DNA from: an uncultured Acidobacteriota bacterium
GTDB lineage: Bacteria > Acidobacteriota > Thermoanaerobaculia > Multivoradales > SZUA-115
NCBI GenBank assembly: GCA_963805975.1
Contig: CAWDVR010000006.1
Location: forward strand, 1-64,000
Direction: 5' to 3'
DNA length: 64,000 nucleotides
Part shown: one piece after another, positions 27,512 through 42,786 of the stretch
Position numbering within the stretch: position 1 is the stretch's first letter
Layout: each line of letters opens with the position of its first letter
The notes under the pieces: generated by a model
Database searches by the model: none
What the model saw: only the letters and a program-made list of their open reading frames with translations
Told to the model about the DNA's origin: nothing
Translations under genes and position numbers: made by a program

Positions 27512-28847
27512 GTGCCGGGCCAGGACCTCCCCGCTCCGACGTCTGAAGCTGCTCGAGCGACGGGCGGAGCACGGAAGCGGCGCCGCCGCTGGTTCTTTCT
27601 GCCCGAGGTCTCGCCGAAGCCGGGGCGCTTCCTTCCCATGCGCTTCCGGCCAGGGCGGGTCCATCGCCTCGCCGAGAAGCTGTCGCAGGGGCTCTTCGAT
27701 CCCGGCTTCGAGGACCTGCTCGAAGCGATCGACGGCCGCCCGCTCTACGGCGGCAACCGGATCGACCTCTTCTTCGAAGGCCAGGCCGCCTTCGAGGCCA
27801 TGCACCAGGCCTTCGAGGCGGCGAGCTCCGAGATCCTCCTCGAGTCCTACATCTTCAATGACGACGCGACCGGCCGCTCGATCCGCGACGCGCTGGCGGC
27901 GGCCGTGGAGCGCGGGGTGCGGGTGCGGGTGGTGGTGGATGCCGTGGGCTCGAGCAAGGCCCGCTCCGCGTTCTGGTACGAGATGGCGGGCCTGGGCATC
28001 GAGGTCAAGCGTTTCAACCCGTTGCTCCCCAACCTCCTCACCCATCCTTTCCGCGACCACCGCAAGATCATCGTGGTGGACCGCGAGGTCGCCTTCACCG
28101 GCGGCATGAACATCGCGGACGAGTACGGCTCCTCGCGCCGCCGGGCGAGCGGAGAGGCGAGACGAGACCTGGCGGGACTCGCACGTGCGGGCAGAGGGCC
28201 CGGTGGCCTGGGAGCTGGCGGTGGTGTTCTCCGAGGCCTGGGAGATCTGCGGCGGCGAGCCCCTCGGCCTGCCGCCCCTGGAGTTCACCTCCTGCGACCC
28301 CGCCCGCCTGCTGGTGCTCGACTCGCGCCCAGGCCGCGGCCACGTGGAGTCCGCGGCGGTGTTCGCCGCGGTGGTGGCCGGGGCGCGCAAGTCCGTGATG
28401 GTGACCAACGCCTACTTCGCGCCGCGGCGCGTGCTCGTCGAGGTGCTGGGGCGGGCCGTGGAGCGCGGGGTCGAGGTGAGCCTCTGCCTGCCCGGCAAGA
28501 CGGACGTGCCCTTCGTCCGCCACGCCGGCCACGGTTTCTTCACCGCGCTCCTCGAACGGGGCGTGCGCATCTTCGAGTACCAGCCCGCCGTGCTCCACGC
28601 CAAGTCGCTGGTGGCGGACGGCTACGTGTCCATCGTCGGCTCCACCAACCTCGACGTGCGCTCCTTTGCGCTCAACGGCGAGTGCAACCTCGTGGTGCTG
28701 GATTCGGACGTGGGGAAGAAGATGACCGAGGCTTTTGCGGAAGACCTGCGCCATTCCACGGAGATCCACCTGGAAGAGTGGCGCCGGCGGCCCTTTTGGC
28801 ACCGCGTCGGAGACCAGGCCGCGAGGCTGCTGACGCCGCTGTTGTGA
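27512..28847 (+). CDS. cls: Cardiolipin synthase (ClsB-like phospholipase D); frameshift near 28165
   Basis: Two HKD motifs: DHRKIIVVD...FTGGMN and LHAKSLVAD...GSTNLD. Start uncertain. Confidence 0.88.
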
Positions 28848-28882
28848 GGGAGGGGGGCGCTGTGAATCAGGCGCCGCCCCAA

Positions 28883-28958
28883 GTCATCCTGAGCGCAGCG
28901 AAGGATCTCGTCGCCACAGCGCGTGGCCTTGGGGATCCTTCGCTGCGCTCAGGATGAC
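28883..28958. repeat. REP-like palindromic element
   Basis: GTCATCCTGAGCGCAGCGAAGGATC ... GATCCTTCGCTGCGCTCAGGATGAC, 25-bp perfect inverted repeat between convergent genes. Confidence 0.9.
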
Positions 28959-29018
28959 AGCGATCGGCAGGGCTGGCGGCCGGTTCAGTGGAGAGGGCCA
29001 AGTCGGTGCCGTACCCGT

Positions 29019-31424
29019 TCAGGACTCGCATTCCCGCAGTGTCGCGCGAGCTCCCTCGAGGTCGGGCGAGCCGAGCCGGGTGTAGATGTCTACCGCGCGC
29101 CGGGCGTGGGACAGGGCCTCGGCGGCATCCCCCTGCGGCAGCAGGGCCTTGGCGAGGCGTTGACAGTCGAGAGCGATCAATTCCTGGCGGCCCAGCTTTT
29201 CCGACAAGGGCAGGGCCTCGCGGGCCAGCGTCTCGGCGCCAAGCCAGTCTTGCCGGTCTAGCGCCACATCAGCCAGATTACCCGTGCAGATGGCCACGCC
29301 TTCGGCGTCACCAACCGCGCGGGCCACCCGCAGCGCCTCGTGATAATCCCGCTCCGCCGCCGCGAGATCGCCGGAGAGCTGTTCGGCATCAGCGAGGTTG
29401 CTCAGGCCGATCGCCACGTCCACGCTCTCGGCGGACAAGCTGCGATCCAGGGTGAGCGCCTCGCGGTAGGAAGCGATGGCGGCGGGATAGTCCGCCTTCA
29501 ACTCGTGGCCGATCCCGCGCAAGCGGATTGCTACGGCGCGCTCGCGGACACCTGCCCCTGCTGTCTGCCAGTGCGCCGCCGCGCGTCCAGCACAGGCCAG
29601 CACCGCGTCCGCCTGCCGGCGCAGGTAGTGAACCTGGCCGACCTGATAGGCCCGCCAGCCGGCGTTGTACTGATCGCCGGCCGCCACGGCCCTGGCTTCC
29701 GCCTGCTGGTTGAGCGAAAGCCGTTCATCCCAGCGTCCTGTGAAGTTGAGGAACTGATAGAGAGCGTCGCACACAGTCTGGAGTCGTGGGTTCGGCCCCG
29801 AAAGAAAGAGCGGCAAGGCGGCGGCCACGGTGGGCCAGGCTTCATCGAGCACCGAGAAGCGGTCGTGCTTGCTGCAGCCGTTCTCCACGATCAGCGCATA
29901 GGCGCGCTTCTCCAGCCGATTGCCGGTTTCCGCCACGACCTCGGGCCGCGAGCGCCGCAGGAACTCGGCGACCATGGGGACGAGGGCGAATCGGCGCTCC
30001 TCCAAGTCCGGCAGCACCAGGGCGCGGCTCGAGAGATCGGAGAGCGCGCCCTGGGCGGCGGCCCCGTGGAGACTCGCCAGCTCGGCGATGAACTTCACCT
30101 CCATGGCCGTGGTGAAATGGGTGAGCGCTGCGAGGACTTGGGTCTCGTTTGCAGTGAAGGTGCCCAGCAGGTCGCCGAAAATGAACTCCAGCGGGTCGTT
30201 CCCCGGCGGAGCACTGCGGAGAAAGTCGAGCGCGGCGGCGATGGTCCGGCAGCGCCCGAGCCCGAGCTGCCCCGACACCCAGCGGATGAGGAGAGGATTG
30301 CCTCCGGTCTCTTCATAGAGGGAGCGCTGCTCCGCCGCACTGGCCGCACGGAGGCGGTCGTTGTCGTTGGCAAGCTCCGTGATGAGGTTTCGGGCGGCGA
30401 GCCAGTCCAGCTTGTCCAGCCGCACGATGACGGCGCTGGCATCGGCGCGGCGGCGGCTGGTGACGATGGCGCTACAGCCATGGGGAAGTCGGTTGAGGAA
30501 GGCAAAGAGTTGGTCGCGATCACCCTCCGGCAGGGTCTCGAGGTTGTCGAGCACGAGCAGCACGTTTGCCTCCCGTAGGGCTCGCAGGACGGCTTCGGGC
30601 CGCTCAGCTTCGGGAGACTTTGCGAGGTCGGGTTGACCCAGCTCGCGGGCGATCGCGTTCAACATCTCTAAATAGCCCGGCAGTACGAAGGTACCCAGCG
30701 AGCGCTGGCCATCGGCAGTCAGCTCGCGTTCCTTCGACGAGAGAAAGATGATCCGGCGGAAGCGCCCTGGCGGGGCTATCTCGGCAGCACGGATGGCGAG
30801 CGAGGTTTTCCCGATACCGCCGGGGCCATCGATAAGCGCACCCCAGCCGCGTGCATCCGGCGCCAAGGCCTCGGCGATCCGTTTCAGGTCCGCCTGGCGC
30901 CCGAAGAAGTGCTGGAGTCGCGGGAGGTTGTTGGGGGTGGAGGTCTTGAGGACGGGCGAGCTGCCAGAAGCTGCCTTGGTGTAGTGGTCCTTGGAATGGC
31001 CTTCGTTCAAGGCGAGGCGTTCGAGGATGTCCGCCGCAGCCTGGTCCGGCGTCAGGTGGTCGAGGTCGGTATAGCCGGCGAGGCCCCGGAGGCCCTCGCC
31101 TTCGACGCGGTCGAAGCGGGTGAGCATGACCTCTCGGTCCTTGCGCTTCTTGAGCAGGCCGAAGATGGCCCTCCACTCCAGGCCGCACCACTCCTTGTGC
31201 TCGTAGTCGGGGCAGAACACCGCGACGACGAGGTCAGCCTCCTTCTCGTAGAGGTCCGGCAGGTAGAAAGCGAGATCGCTCCGCGAGAGCTCGGGCGAGT
31301 GGTACTTGTCGTAGAGGATCTTCTCTTTGCCGAAACGCTGGGCCAGGATCTCTGCGACTTTCGCGACGTAGTCGCGCTTCTCCCCGGCGAAAGAGAACGC
31401 GATGCGAAAGCGTTTGGCGGTCAT
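29019..31424 (-). CDS. TIR - STAND/NB-ARC NTPase - TPR protein (bacterial NLR-like)
   Basis: TIR: IAFSFAGEKR...DYEHKEWCGLEW. Walker A GPGGIGKT, Walker B LLVLDNLE, GGNPL. C-terminal TPRs. Confidence 0.9.
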   Translation of the reverse strand: MTAKRFRIAFSFAGEKRDYVAKVAEILAQRFGKEKILYDKYHSPELSRSDLAFYLPDLYEKEADLVVAVFCPDYEHKEWCGLEWRAIFGLLKKRKDREVMLTRFDRVEGEGLRGLAGYTDLDHLTPDQAAADILERLALNEGHSKDHYTKAASGSSPVLKTSTPNNLPRLQHFFGRQADLKRIAEALAPDARGWGALIDGPGGIGKTSLAIRAAEIAPPGRFRRIIFLSSKERELTADGQRSLGTFVLPGYLEMLNAIARELGQPDLAKSPEAERPEAVLRALREANVLLVLDNLETLPEGDRDQLFAFLNRLPHGCSAIVTSRRRADASAVIVRLDKLDWLAARNLITELANDNDRLRAASAAEQRSLYEETGGNPLLIRWVSGQLGLGRCRTIAAALDFLRSAPPGNDPLEFIFGDLLGTFTANETQVLAALTHFTTAMEVKFIAELASLHGAAAQGALSDLSSRALVLPDLEERRFALVPMVAEFLRRSRPEVVAETGNRLEKRAYALIVENGCSKHDRFSVLDEAWPTVAAALPLFLSGPNPRLQTVCDALYQFLNFTGRWDERLSLNQQAEARAVAAGDQYNAGWRAYQVGQVHYLRRQADAVLACAGRAAAHWQTAGAGVRERAVAIRLRGIGHELKADYPAAIASYREALTLDRSLSAESVDVAIGLSNLADAEQLSGDLAAAERDYHEALRVARAVGDAEGVAICTGNLADVALDRQDWLGAETLAREALPLSEKLGRQELIALDCQRLAKALLPQGDAAEALSHARRAVDIYTRLGSPDLEGARATLRECES

Positions 31425-31428
31425 TTCC

Positions 31429-32259
31429 CTACAGCAGATCTGGGTGCGCCAGCACCGCTCGCAGCAGCTCCGCCACCTGGCCCGCCGCGGCGCGGCCGGC
31501 TTCGAGGACCTCCTGGTGGTCGAGGGGGCCGGGTACCACGCCTACGCCGAGGTTGGTCACGAGAGACAACGCGGCACAGCGCACGCCCAGGTGCCGGGCG
31601 GCGATCACTTCGAGCACGGTGGACATGCCGGCGAGGTCGGCGCCCAGCGTGGTCATCATCCGCACCTCGGCCGGCGTCTCGTAGCTCGGGCCGAGGAGGC
31701 CGCAGTAGACCCCTTCTTCGAGGTCCAGCCCCATCCCCGCGCCGACTTCACGGAACAGGCTGCGCAGCTTCGGGTCGTAGGCGTCCGAGAGGTCCGGGAA
31801 GCGCGGGCCCCAGTCGGCCGGCAGCTCGCCGCGCAGGGGGTTCAGGCCGGTGAGGTTCAAATGATCCGAGACCAGCTTCAGCTCGCCCGGCCGGTAGCTC
31901 GGCCGCAGGCCGCCGGCCGCGTTGGTGGCGAGCAGCACGCCGGCCCCCAGGCGCGCGGCCAGGCGCACCGGCAGCACGGTCTGGTGCGCGTCGTACCCCT
32001 GGTAGGCGTGCAGGCGCCCCTTGAAGTAGAGCACCGGCCGGTCCGGCCGCGGCAGCACGATCTCCACCGAGTGCGCGTGGCCGACGACGTGGTGGGTGGG
32101 GAACGGCAGCAGGTCGGCAAGCGGCACCGGCCCGTGCGCTGTTTCGCCCAGCCCCACGCCGAGCCCGGAGCCGGTGATCACCGCCGCCTTGGGCGCTGGC
32201 CAACCGAGCCGGGCGTAGGCGGCGAGGGAGTGCTCGAGATCATGAGCTGGGTCGGACAT
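31429..32259 (-). CDS. punA: Purine-nucleoside phosphorylase (trimeric type)
   Basis: ITGSGLG; GRLHAYQG; TNAAGG; DHLN; GPSYETPAE; GMSTVLE; LVTN. Confidence 0.95.
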   Translation of the reverse strand: MSDPAHDLEHSLAAYARLGWPAPKAAVITGSGLGVGLGETAHGPVPLADLLPFPTHHVVGHAHSVEIVLPRPDRPVLYFKGRLHAYQGYDAHQTVLPVRLAARLGAGVLLATNAAGGLRPSYRPGELKLVSDHLNLTGLNPLRGELPADWGPRFPDLSDAYDPKLRSLFREVGAGMGLDLEEGVYCGLLGPSYETPAEVRMMTTLGADLAGMSTVLEVIAARHLGVRCAALSLVTNLGVGVVPGPLDHQEVLEAGRAAAGQVAELLRAVLAHPDLL

Positions 32260-32378
32260 GGCGGGGGAGTGTAGCGCAGGGCCGGACTGGCCTTGGCCTT
32301 GCAGAACCGGCTCGTGTCAGCTGTTTTCTGGCCGGAGGAGCAGCAGCCAAACGAAAAATTTGCCTGGAGGAAGCCGCG

Positions 32379-32576
32379 ATGCCTACCAAGTCCACCAAGA
32401 ACACCGGCAATGCCTGGACCGGCGAGCAGGACAAGCAGCTTCGCCAACTGGTCCTCGAGAACACCCCGACCCGAGTCATCGGCCTGAAGCTCGGCCGCAC
32501 CGAGACCGCCGTACGCTCCCGCGCCAGCCGGCTCGGGGTCTCGCTCCGGCCCGCCAACCAGGCGCCGTACGGCTAG
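32379..32576 (+). CDS. Small SANT/Myb-like HTH protein
   Basis: NTGNAWTGEQDKQLRQL...NTPTRVIGLKLGRTETAVRSRA; RBS GGAGG. Confidence 0.75.
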   Translation: MPTKSTKNTGNAWTGEQDKQLRQLVLENTPTRVIGLKLGRTETAVRSRASRLGVSLRPANQAPYG

Positions 32577-32647
32577 AAGCCATTCGAGGGGACCATCGGC
32601 GCCGGTGATACAGCACAGTCGAGAAATGCAGTATCGTCCCGGCGCCC

Positions 32648-34128
<1,481 letters not shown>

Positions 34129-34132
<4 letters not shown>

Positions 34133-35367
34133 AGCGGCAGGGGCGACCTGGGCCGCCGATCCTCGATCTGCCGCTGCCGCTCGTCCTCGCCCTGCGGTAT
34201 CTCAAGAGCACGCGGCGGGATGCGCTCGCCACCTTCCTCTCGGTGGTCGCCGCCGGCTCGATCGCGCTCGGGGTGGCGGCGCTGATCCTGGCCCTTGCGA
34301 TGCTCTCCGGCTTCCAGCGCGCGCTCAAGGGCGAGATCCTGGCGCGCACGCCGGAGATCGAGGTGGGGCTGCCGGCGGGCGCGGACCCGGAGCCCTTCCG
34401 CCGCGCCGCCCTCGCGGTCCCAGGGGTCCGGGGAGCTCATCTCACGGCCAAGGGCCGGGGCTGGCTGCTCTCCGAGGGGAGAGTGCAGGCGGTCGAGATC
34501 CACGGCTTCGACGGCACCGTGCCACGTGGATTTCCCGGCGCCACCGGCCTCCCGGCGGGGCTCTACGTCAGCTCCTCGCTCGCCGCCCGCTGGGGCCTCG
34601 AGACGGGAGACAAGGTCGAGGTGTCCTCGCCGCGGCCGACCCTGACCCCCTTCGGGCCCCAGCCGCGGGTGCGGAGCCTCACCCTGGCAGGCACCTTTTC
34701 GAGCGCCGCCACGGACGAGACCGACCGCGCCGCGCTGCCGCTCGAGGTGGCCGCGAGCCTTCTGGGCGGCGACCGCCGAGCCCTGGTGGTGGAGACCGGG
34801 GGGCTCGAGGCCGCGCTCGCCGTGGCGCCCCGGCTGGCCGCGGCCCTGCCACAGGACGACCCCGCCGGTCCGGGCCCAGGCGCCGCCGGCCAAGTTCAAG
34901 TGCGCACCTGGCAGGACCTCAACCGCCCGCTGCTCTTCGCGCTGGCGCTCGAGAAGGTGCTGACCTTCGTCGCCATCGCTCTCGTGATCCTGGTCGCCGC
35001 CCTGGCGCTGGTGGCGGACCTGTCGCTGCTGATCGCCAGCAAGCGCCCGGAGATCGGCATCCTCCAGGCTTGCGGAGCGCGGGGAGAGGCCATCCGCCGC
35101 GCGTTCCTGCTGCTGGGCGGCATCCTGGGGGCGCTGGGCCTGGCCGTGGGGGGGGCGATCGGGGTGGGGGGGGCCTTCGTGCTGGACCGCGAGCGGCTGC
35201 TCGCCGTGCCCGGCCAGGTCTACTTCATCGACTACGTGCCGTTCTGGGTGCGGCCCTGGGACCTGGCGGCCGTGTTCGGCTTCACCCTCGCGGTGTCGCT
35301 CGCCTGCTCGCTCTACGCCGCCCGCCGCGCGACGCTGCTCTCGCCGGTCGAGGCCATGCGGCGATGA
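34129..35367 (+). CDS. lolE: Lipoprotein-releasing ABC permease LolC/E
   Basis: ALRYLK...GVAALILALAMLSGF; WQDLNRPLLFALALEK; EIGILQACGA; directly upstream of lolD. Confidence 0.85.
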
Positions 35368-36059
35368 GCGTCGCGGTCAGAACCGTCGGGCTCTCGAAGG
35401 CGTACGTGGACGGCCGCCGCACCGTCCAGGTGCTGAAGGGCGTCGATCTCGAGATCGAGCCCGGTGAGCTGGTGGCGATCGTCGGCCCCTCGGGCTCGGG
35501 CAAGTCGACGCTCCTGCATCTCCTGGGCGCGCTCGACCGGCCCGATGCCGGCGCGGTCGAGATCGCCGGCCGGGACGTTGCCCGGCTCGGCGCCGGCGAG
35601 CTCGCCGCCTTCCGCAACCGCACGGTGGGCTTCGTCTTCCAGTTCCACCAGTTGCTGCCGGACTTCACGGCGGTCGAGAACGTGATGATGCCGGGCCGCA
35701 TCGCCGGCCTGGGGGCCGCCGAGGCCTGGGAGAAGGCGCGGTGCCTGCTCGTCGAGGTGGGGCTCGAGGACCGCCTCCACCACTTCCCGAGCCAGCTCTC
35801 GGGCGGCGAGTGCCAGCGGGTGGCCATCTGCCGCGCCCTGCTGCTCGAGCCGCCGCTGCTCCTGGCGGACGAGCCCACCGGCAATTTGGACCCGGCGAGC
35901 GGTGAGGCCGTCTTCGAGCTGCTGCTGGCTCTCCAGGCGCGCCACGGCACCACCGGCGTGCTGGTGACCCACAACCCGGAGCTTGCCAGGCGCTGTGCTA
36001 AGATTTTTCGCCTGGAGAACGGAACTCTGCAGCCCCAGCCAGCCTTTCCCTCCGTCTGA
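35364..36059 (+). CDS. lolD: Lipoprotein-releasing ABC ATPase LolD
   Basis: GPSGSGKSTLLH; GFVFQFHQLLPDF; LSGGECQR; LADEPTGNLD. Confidence 0.92.
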   Translation: MSVAVRTVGLSKAYVDGRRTVQVLKGVDLEIEPGELVAIVGPSGSGKSTLLHLLGALDRPDAGAVEIAGRDVARLGAGELAAFRNRTVGFVFQFHQLLPDFTAVENVMMPGRIAGLGAAEAWEKARCLLVEVGLEDRLHHFPSQLSGGECQRVAICRALLLEPPLLLADEPTGNLDPASGEAVFELLLALQARHGTTGVLVTHNPELARRCAKIFRLENGTLQPQPAFPSV

Positions 36060-36067
36060 CCCCCGGC

Positions 36068-38494
<2,427 letters not shown>

Positions 38495-38667
38495 CCGCGG
38501 CTCGCGAGGACGTGCCGAGCCAGCACTGACCTGGCACCTCTGAGGGCCATCTCTGAAGTTTTTGCGGCAAAGGTCTTGCAAGCGAGCGCCACGCCGAGCT
38601 ATAAGCCGCGGTTCGGCACAGGTCAACGGACGGCTGCCCGAGGGGAAGGATGGAGACCAAGATCAGC

Positions 38668-41108
38668 ATGAGATCAACCTTGCCCTGCGGACGCCGGGGC
38701 CTGTGGGCCCCGGCCGTCCTCGCCCTGACTCTGCTGGCCACGGTGCGGCGCCTCCCGCGGCTGCCCAGGCCCTGGCGGCGCCGAACCTCGACGGCCGCTC
38801 CATCACCACCCTCCGGGTCGAGGGCCTGTCGCTCCTGGGCGAGGACGCGGTGCTCTTCTACCTCGGCCTCACCCCGGGGGCCAAGCTGGACCAGGCCCAG
38901 CTCGACGCCAAGATCCGTGAGCTCTGGGCCCGCGGCCTGGTCGACGATCTGCAAGTGGAGGCCTTCCCCGACGGCGAAGGCGTGCGCCTCACGATCAAGA
39001 TCAAGGAACGGCCGGTGCTGCGCTCGGTCGAGTACGTGGGCCTGAAGCGGCTGTCGAAGACCGACATCGGCGACCGTATCTCCAGGGAACACATCGACCT
39101 CGGCGAAGGGCGGCCGCTCGACCGCGGCCAGATCGCGGCGCTCAAGGGCCTGCTCGAAGAGATGTACCGCGAGAAGGGCTATCGCTTCGCCGGCATCAGC
39201 ATCTCCTACGAGGAGCTGTCGAAGGGTGAGGTGCGGGCCAACGTGACCGTGGACGAGGGCGACCGCGTGCGCATCGGCGACATCGATTTCGAGGGCAACG
39301 AGGTCTTCGGCGACCTGCGCCTGCGCTGGGTGATGAAGAAGACCAAGGAGAGCGGCCCGCTCGCCCGGGTGCTCAAGAAGGACATCTACAACCCCGCCAA
39401 CCTGGGCGAGGACCTGACCAAGGTACGCGACATCTATCGCGGCGCCGGCTACAAGAACGTGCTGGTGGGCGAGCCCAAGATCGAGGTGCGGACCGAGGGC
39501 GACAAGCGCCGTCTGGTGCTGGTGGTGCCGGTCGACGAAGGCGAGCGCTGGAAGCTCGGCACGGTCTCGATCGAGGGCAACACCAAGTTCCAGGAGAAGA
39601 ACCTCCTGGCCCTGATCGAGGCCCGGCCCGGCAGTTGGCTGCGCAGCGACCTCGTCGACAAGGGCCTCGAGAAGGTCAAGCAGGCCTACGACAACTCCGG
39701 CTACATCTTCTCCCGCGTCGAGCCGGAGCTCGTCGAGCGCCCCGGCTACGTCGCCGACCTGGTGGTCCACGTGCGCGAGAACGACCAGTTCAAGGTCGGC
39801 CGCATCGAGTTCGAGGGCAACACCTCGACCCGCGACAAGGTGCTGCGGCGCGAGCTCCGCGTGCAGGAGGGCCTGTTCATCAACCTGGGCGGGGTCAAGA
39901 ACAGCGTCTTCAAGATCAACCAGCTCGGCTACTTCAAGCTCAACGAGGGCGAGCCGGTGAAGTTCGACGCCAAGAACGAGGAGAAGCAGGTCGACCTGAC
40001 CTTCGTCGGTGCCGAGGACAACCGCACCGAGCTGCAGTTCGGGGCCGGCTACAGCGAGACCCAGGGCTTCTTCGGCCAGGTCTCCTTCCGCACCCTGAAC
40101 TTCCTGGGCCGGGGAGAGACGCTGGGAGTGTCGGTCGAGAGCGGCACCAACCGCGACATCTTCGACATCTCCTACTTCGTGCCCTGGTTCCTCGACCGGC
40201 CGCAGAGCCTGGGCGCCCAGGTCTTCCGCCAGGAGCTGCAGTACAGCCCGCGCAACGACCTCTACCGGCAGGAGAGCCAGGGGGCGGTGGTCACCTACGG
40301 GCGCTCCTTCGGGCTGTTCAACAGCACCTCGGTGAGCTACACGCGGGCCAGCCAGGAGCAGGAGATCCGCAGCGAGACGGACCCCACCCAGAACTTCTTC
40401 CAGGAGATCGAGAACTCCTCGCTGCGCCCGGGCTGGTCCTTCAACTCGATCGACAACCGCTTCGAGCCTACCCGCGGCCAGCGCGCGCGCGCCTCGGTGG
40501 ACTACTCGGGCGGCTTTCTCGGCGGCAACAACTATCTGATCCGTCCGGAGGTGGCCTACACCTTCTTCCATCCGGCCACCAAGTACCCGGTGCGCACCGT
40601 GTGGGGCGTCAACATCGAGGCCGGCCGGGTCGAGCCCTTCGGCAGCTTCCGCGACTCGACCGGCGTGCGCCGCGACCGGCCGCTCAATCCTTTCGAGCGC
40701 TACCGGCTGGGCGGCGAGAACTCGATCCGCGGCCACCACTACAATTCGATCTTCGTGCGCGACGACCAGGACCGCATCGTCATCGACCCCACCCTCGCCT
40801 TCTTCGAGCTCGGAGGCGACGAGTACCTGCAGGTCAACCTCGAGTACCACTTCCTCCTCGGCGGGCCGTTCCGCATGATCCTCTACGCCGACGGCGGCAA
40901 CGTGTGGGGCGACTTCAAGGACTCGACGGGCAAGCTGATCAAGCAGTCGATCGATCCCGGCGACCTGCGCTGGACGGCGGGCGCCGAGCTGCGCCTGCTG
41001 GTGCCGGTGTTCGGCGCGCCGCTACGCTTCATCTACGCCAAGAACCTCGACTCGCTGCCGGGCGACGAGTTCGACAGCTTCCGCTTCAGCGTCGGAGCCT
41101 CGTTCTGA
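38668..41108 (+). CDS. bamA: Outer membrane protein assembly factor BamA; frameshift in signal region near 38750
   Basis: POTRA repeats (FEGNEVF, FEGNTSTRDKVLRRE), LGGENSIRGH, C-term FSVGASF. Signal peptide is in the frame of ORF 38650..39045. Confidence 0.93.
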
Positions 41109-41138
41109 GCGCTCCCTAGAGTGAAGGAGAAAGCAGGA

Positions 41139-41696
41139 ATGTTTCGTCATCGTTTCGCCGGCCGCCTGGCCGGCCTCGTCATCGCCGTGCTGGCCACGGC
41201 CACCGCGCCGGCCTGGGCGCAGACCGGCCAGCACAAGATCGCCATCATCGACGTGCAGCGGATCATCCGCGAGTCCGCCGTCGGCAAGGCCGCGATCGCC
41301 AAGGTGCAGCAGTTGAACGAGCAGATCAGCGCCGACCTCAAGGCCAAGCAGGAGGACGCGAGGCAGCTCCAGAAGAGGATCGTCGAAGGCAAGATGTCGC
41401 TCGCCGAGGACAAGCTGAAGCAGATGCAGGCGGAGCTCGAGGGCAAGGCCATCGAGCTCGACCGGGCGCGCGAGGACGGCGAGCGCCGGCTGGAGAAGGC
41501 GCAGGCCGAGGCCTTCGGGCCGATCGAGGAGCAGGTGATGCCGATCATCCAGCAGGTGGGCAAGGAAGGCGGCTACACGCTGATCTTCCGCAAGTTCGAG
41601 AGCGGCCTGGTCTACGCGGCGGACGGCATCGACATCACGGCCTCGGTGATCTCGCGGCTGGACGCCTCGAAGACGACCGCGCCCGCCGGGTCCTGA
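41139..41696 (+). CDS. skp: OmpH/Skp periplasmic chaperone
   Basis: Signal peptide; KIAIIDVQRIIRES; coiled coil; DITASVI; located between bamA and lpxD. Confidence 0.93.
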   Translation: MFRHRFAGRLAGLVIAVLATATAPAWAQTGQHKIAIIDVQRIIRESAVGKAAIAKVQQLNEQISADLKAKQEDARQLQKRIVEGKMSLAEDKLKQMQAELEGKAIELDRAREDGERRLEKAQAEAFGPIEEQVMPIIQQVGKEGGYTLIFRKFESGLVYAADGIDITASVISRLDASKTTAPAGS

Positions 41697-41703
41697 GCGC
41701 GCG

Positions 41704-42786
41704 GTGAGCGGCGGCAGGTTCGCGCTCGGCGAGCTGGCGGCTCGCATCGGCGGCCGGGTCCATGGGGACCCGGCGCTCGTGCTTTCCGGGGTCAGGGCCC
41801 TGGAGGACGCAGGCCCGGCCGACCTCTCGCTCCTCACCCAGGCCCGGTATCGGCCCGCGGCGCTCGCCAGCCGGGCGGGCGCCCTGCTCGCGGCACCCTC
41901 CTGGGCCGGCGACGCGGACCTCGCCGCCCGCAACCTGCTGCTGGCGGACGACCCGGCGCTCGCGTTGGCGAGGATCCTCGGTCTCTTTCATCCGCCGCCG
42001 GCGCCACGTCCCGGTGTTCACCCCACCGCCGTGGTGGAGGAAGGCGCGGTGATCGACCCGGGTGCCCGGATCGGCGCCTACGCCGTGGTGGGTGAGGGCT
42101 CGGCCGTGGCCGCCGGCGCCGTCCTGGAGGCGCACGTGGTGGTGGGGAAGGGCTGCACCGTGGGCCCCGGCGCCGTGCTCCACCCGCACGTGGTGCTCTA
42201 CGACGGCGTGGAGGTGGGCGAGCGCAGCGTGGTCCACGCCGGCACGGTGCTGGGAGCGGACGGCTTCGGCTACGCCACGCACCAGGGCGTGCACCACAAA
42301 GTGCCCCAGGTCGGCCGGGTGGTGGTGGAGGCCGACGTCGAGATCGGCGCCAACTCGGCGGTGGACCGCGCGACCCTCGGCGAGACCCGGATCGGCGCCG
42401 GCACCAAGGTCGACAACCTGGTACAGGTAGGCCACAATGTGCGGGTCGGGAAGGCCTCCATCCTCTGCGGCCAGGCCGGTATCGCAGGCAGCACACGGCT
42501 GGGAGACGGCGTGGTGCTGGCGGGGCAGGCGGGAGTGGCGGGCCATCTCGAAGTAGGAAGCCACGTACAAGTCGCCGCCAAGTCCGCCCTGCTGCACTCG
42601 GTCGACAAGGGGCGGTTCGCCGGCATCCCGGCCGTGGAGCTCGGCGCCTGGCGGCGCCAGGCCGTGGCCCTGCCCAGGTTGAGCGAGATCCTGCGCCGGC
42701 TCAAGGCTCTGGAGAATGCGTTAGGCCAGAAGACGGACCTGATGAAGCGACCGGACGGCAGGCAAGGAGAGGGGGAGGAGCGATGA
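41704..42786 (+). CDS. lpxD: UDP-3-O-acyl-glucosamine N-acyltransferase
   Basis: Hexapeptide repeats; GADGFGY; KVPQVG; DNLVQVGHN. Confidence 0.97.
   Translation: MSGGRFALGELAARIGGRVHGDPALVLSGVRALEDAGPADLSLLTQARYRPAALASRAGALLAAPSWAGDADLAARNLLLADDPALALARILGLFHPPPAPRPGVHPTAVVEEGAVIDPGARIGAYAVVGEGSAVAAGAVLEAHVVVGKGCTVGPGAVLHPHVVLYDGVEVGERSVVHAGTVLGADGFGYATHQGVHHKVPQVGRVVVEADVEIGANSAVDRATLGETRIGAGTKVDNLVQVGHNVRVGKASILCGQAGIAGSTRLGDGVVLAGQAGVAGHLEVGSHVQVAAKSALLHSVDKGRFAGIPAVELGAWRRQAVALPRLSEILRRLKALENALGQKTDLMKRPDGRQGEGEER

Noticed and set aside
31429-32259. punA as a defence-type PNP effector
   Set aside because: Canonical stand-alone trimeric PNP with host-like codon usage.
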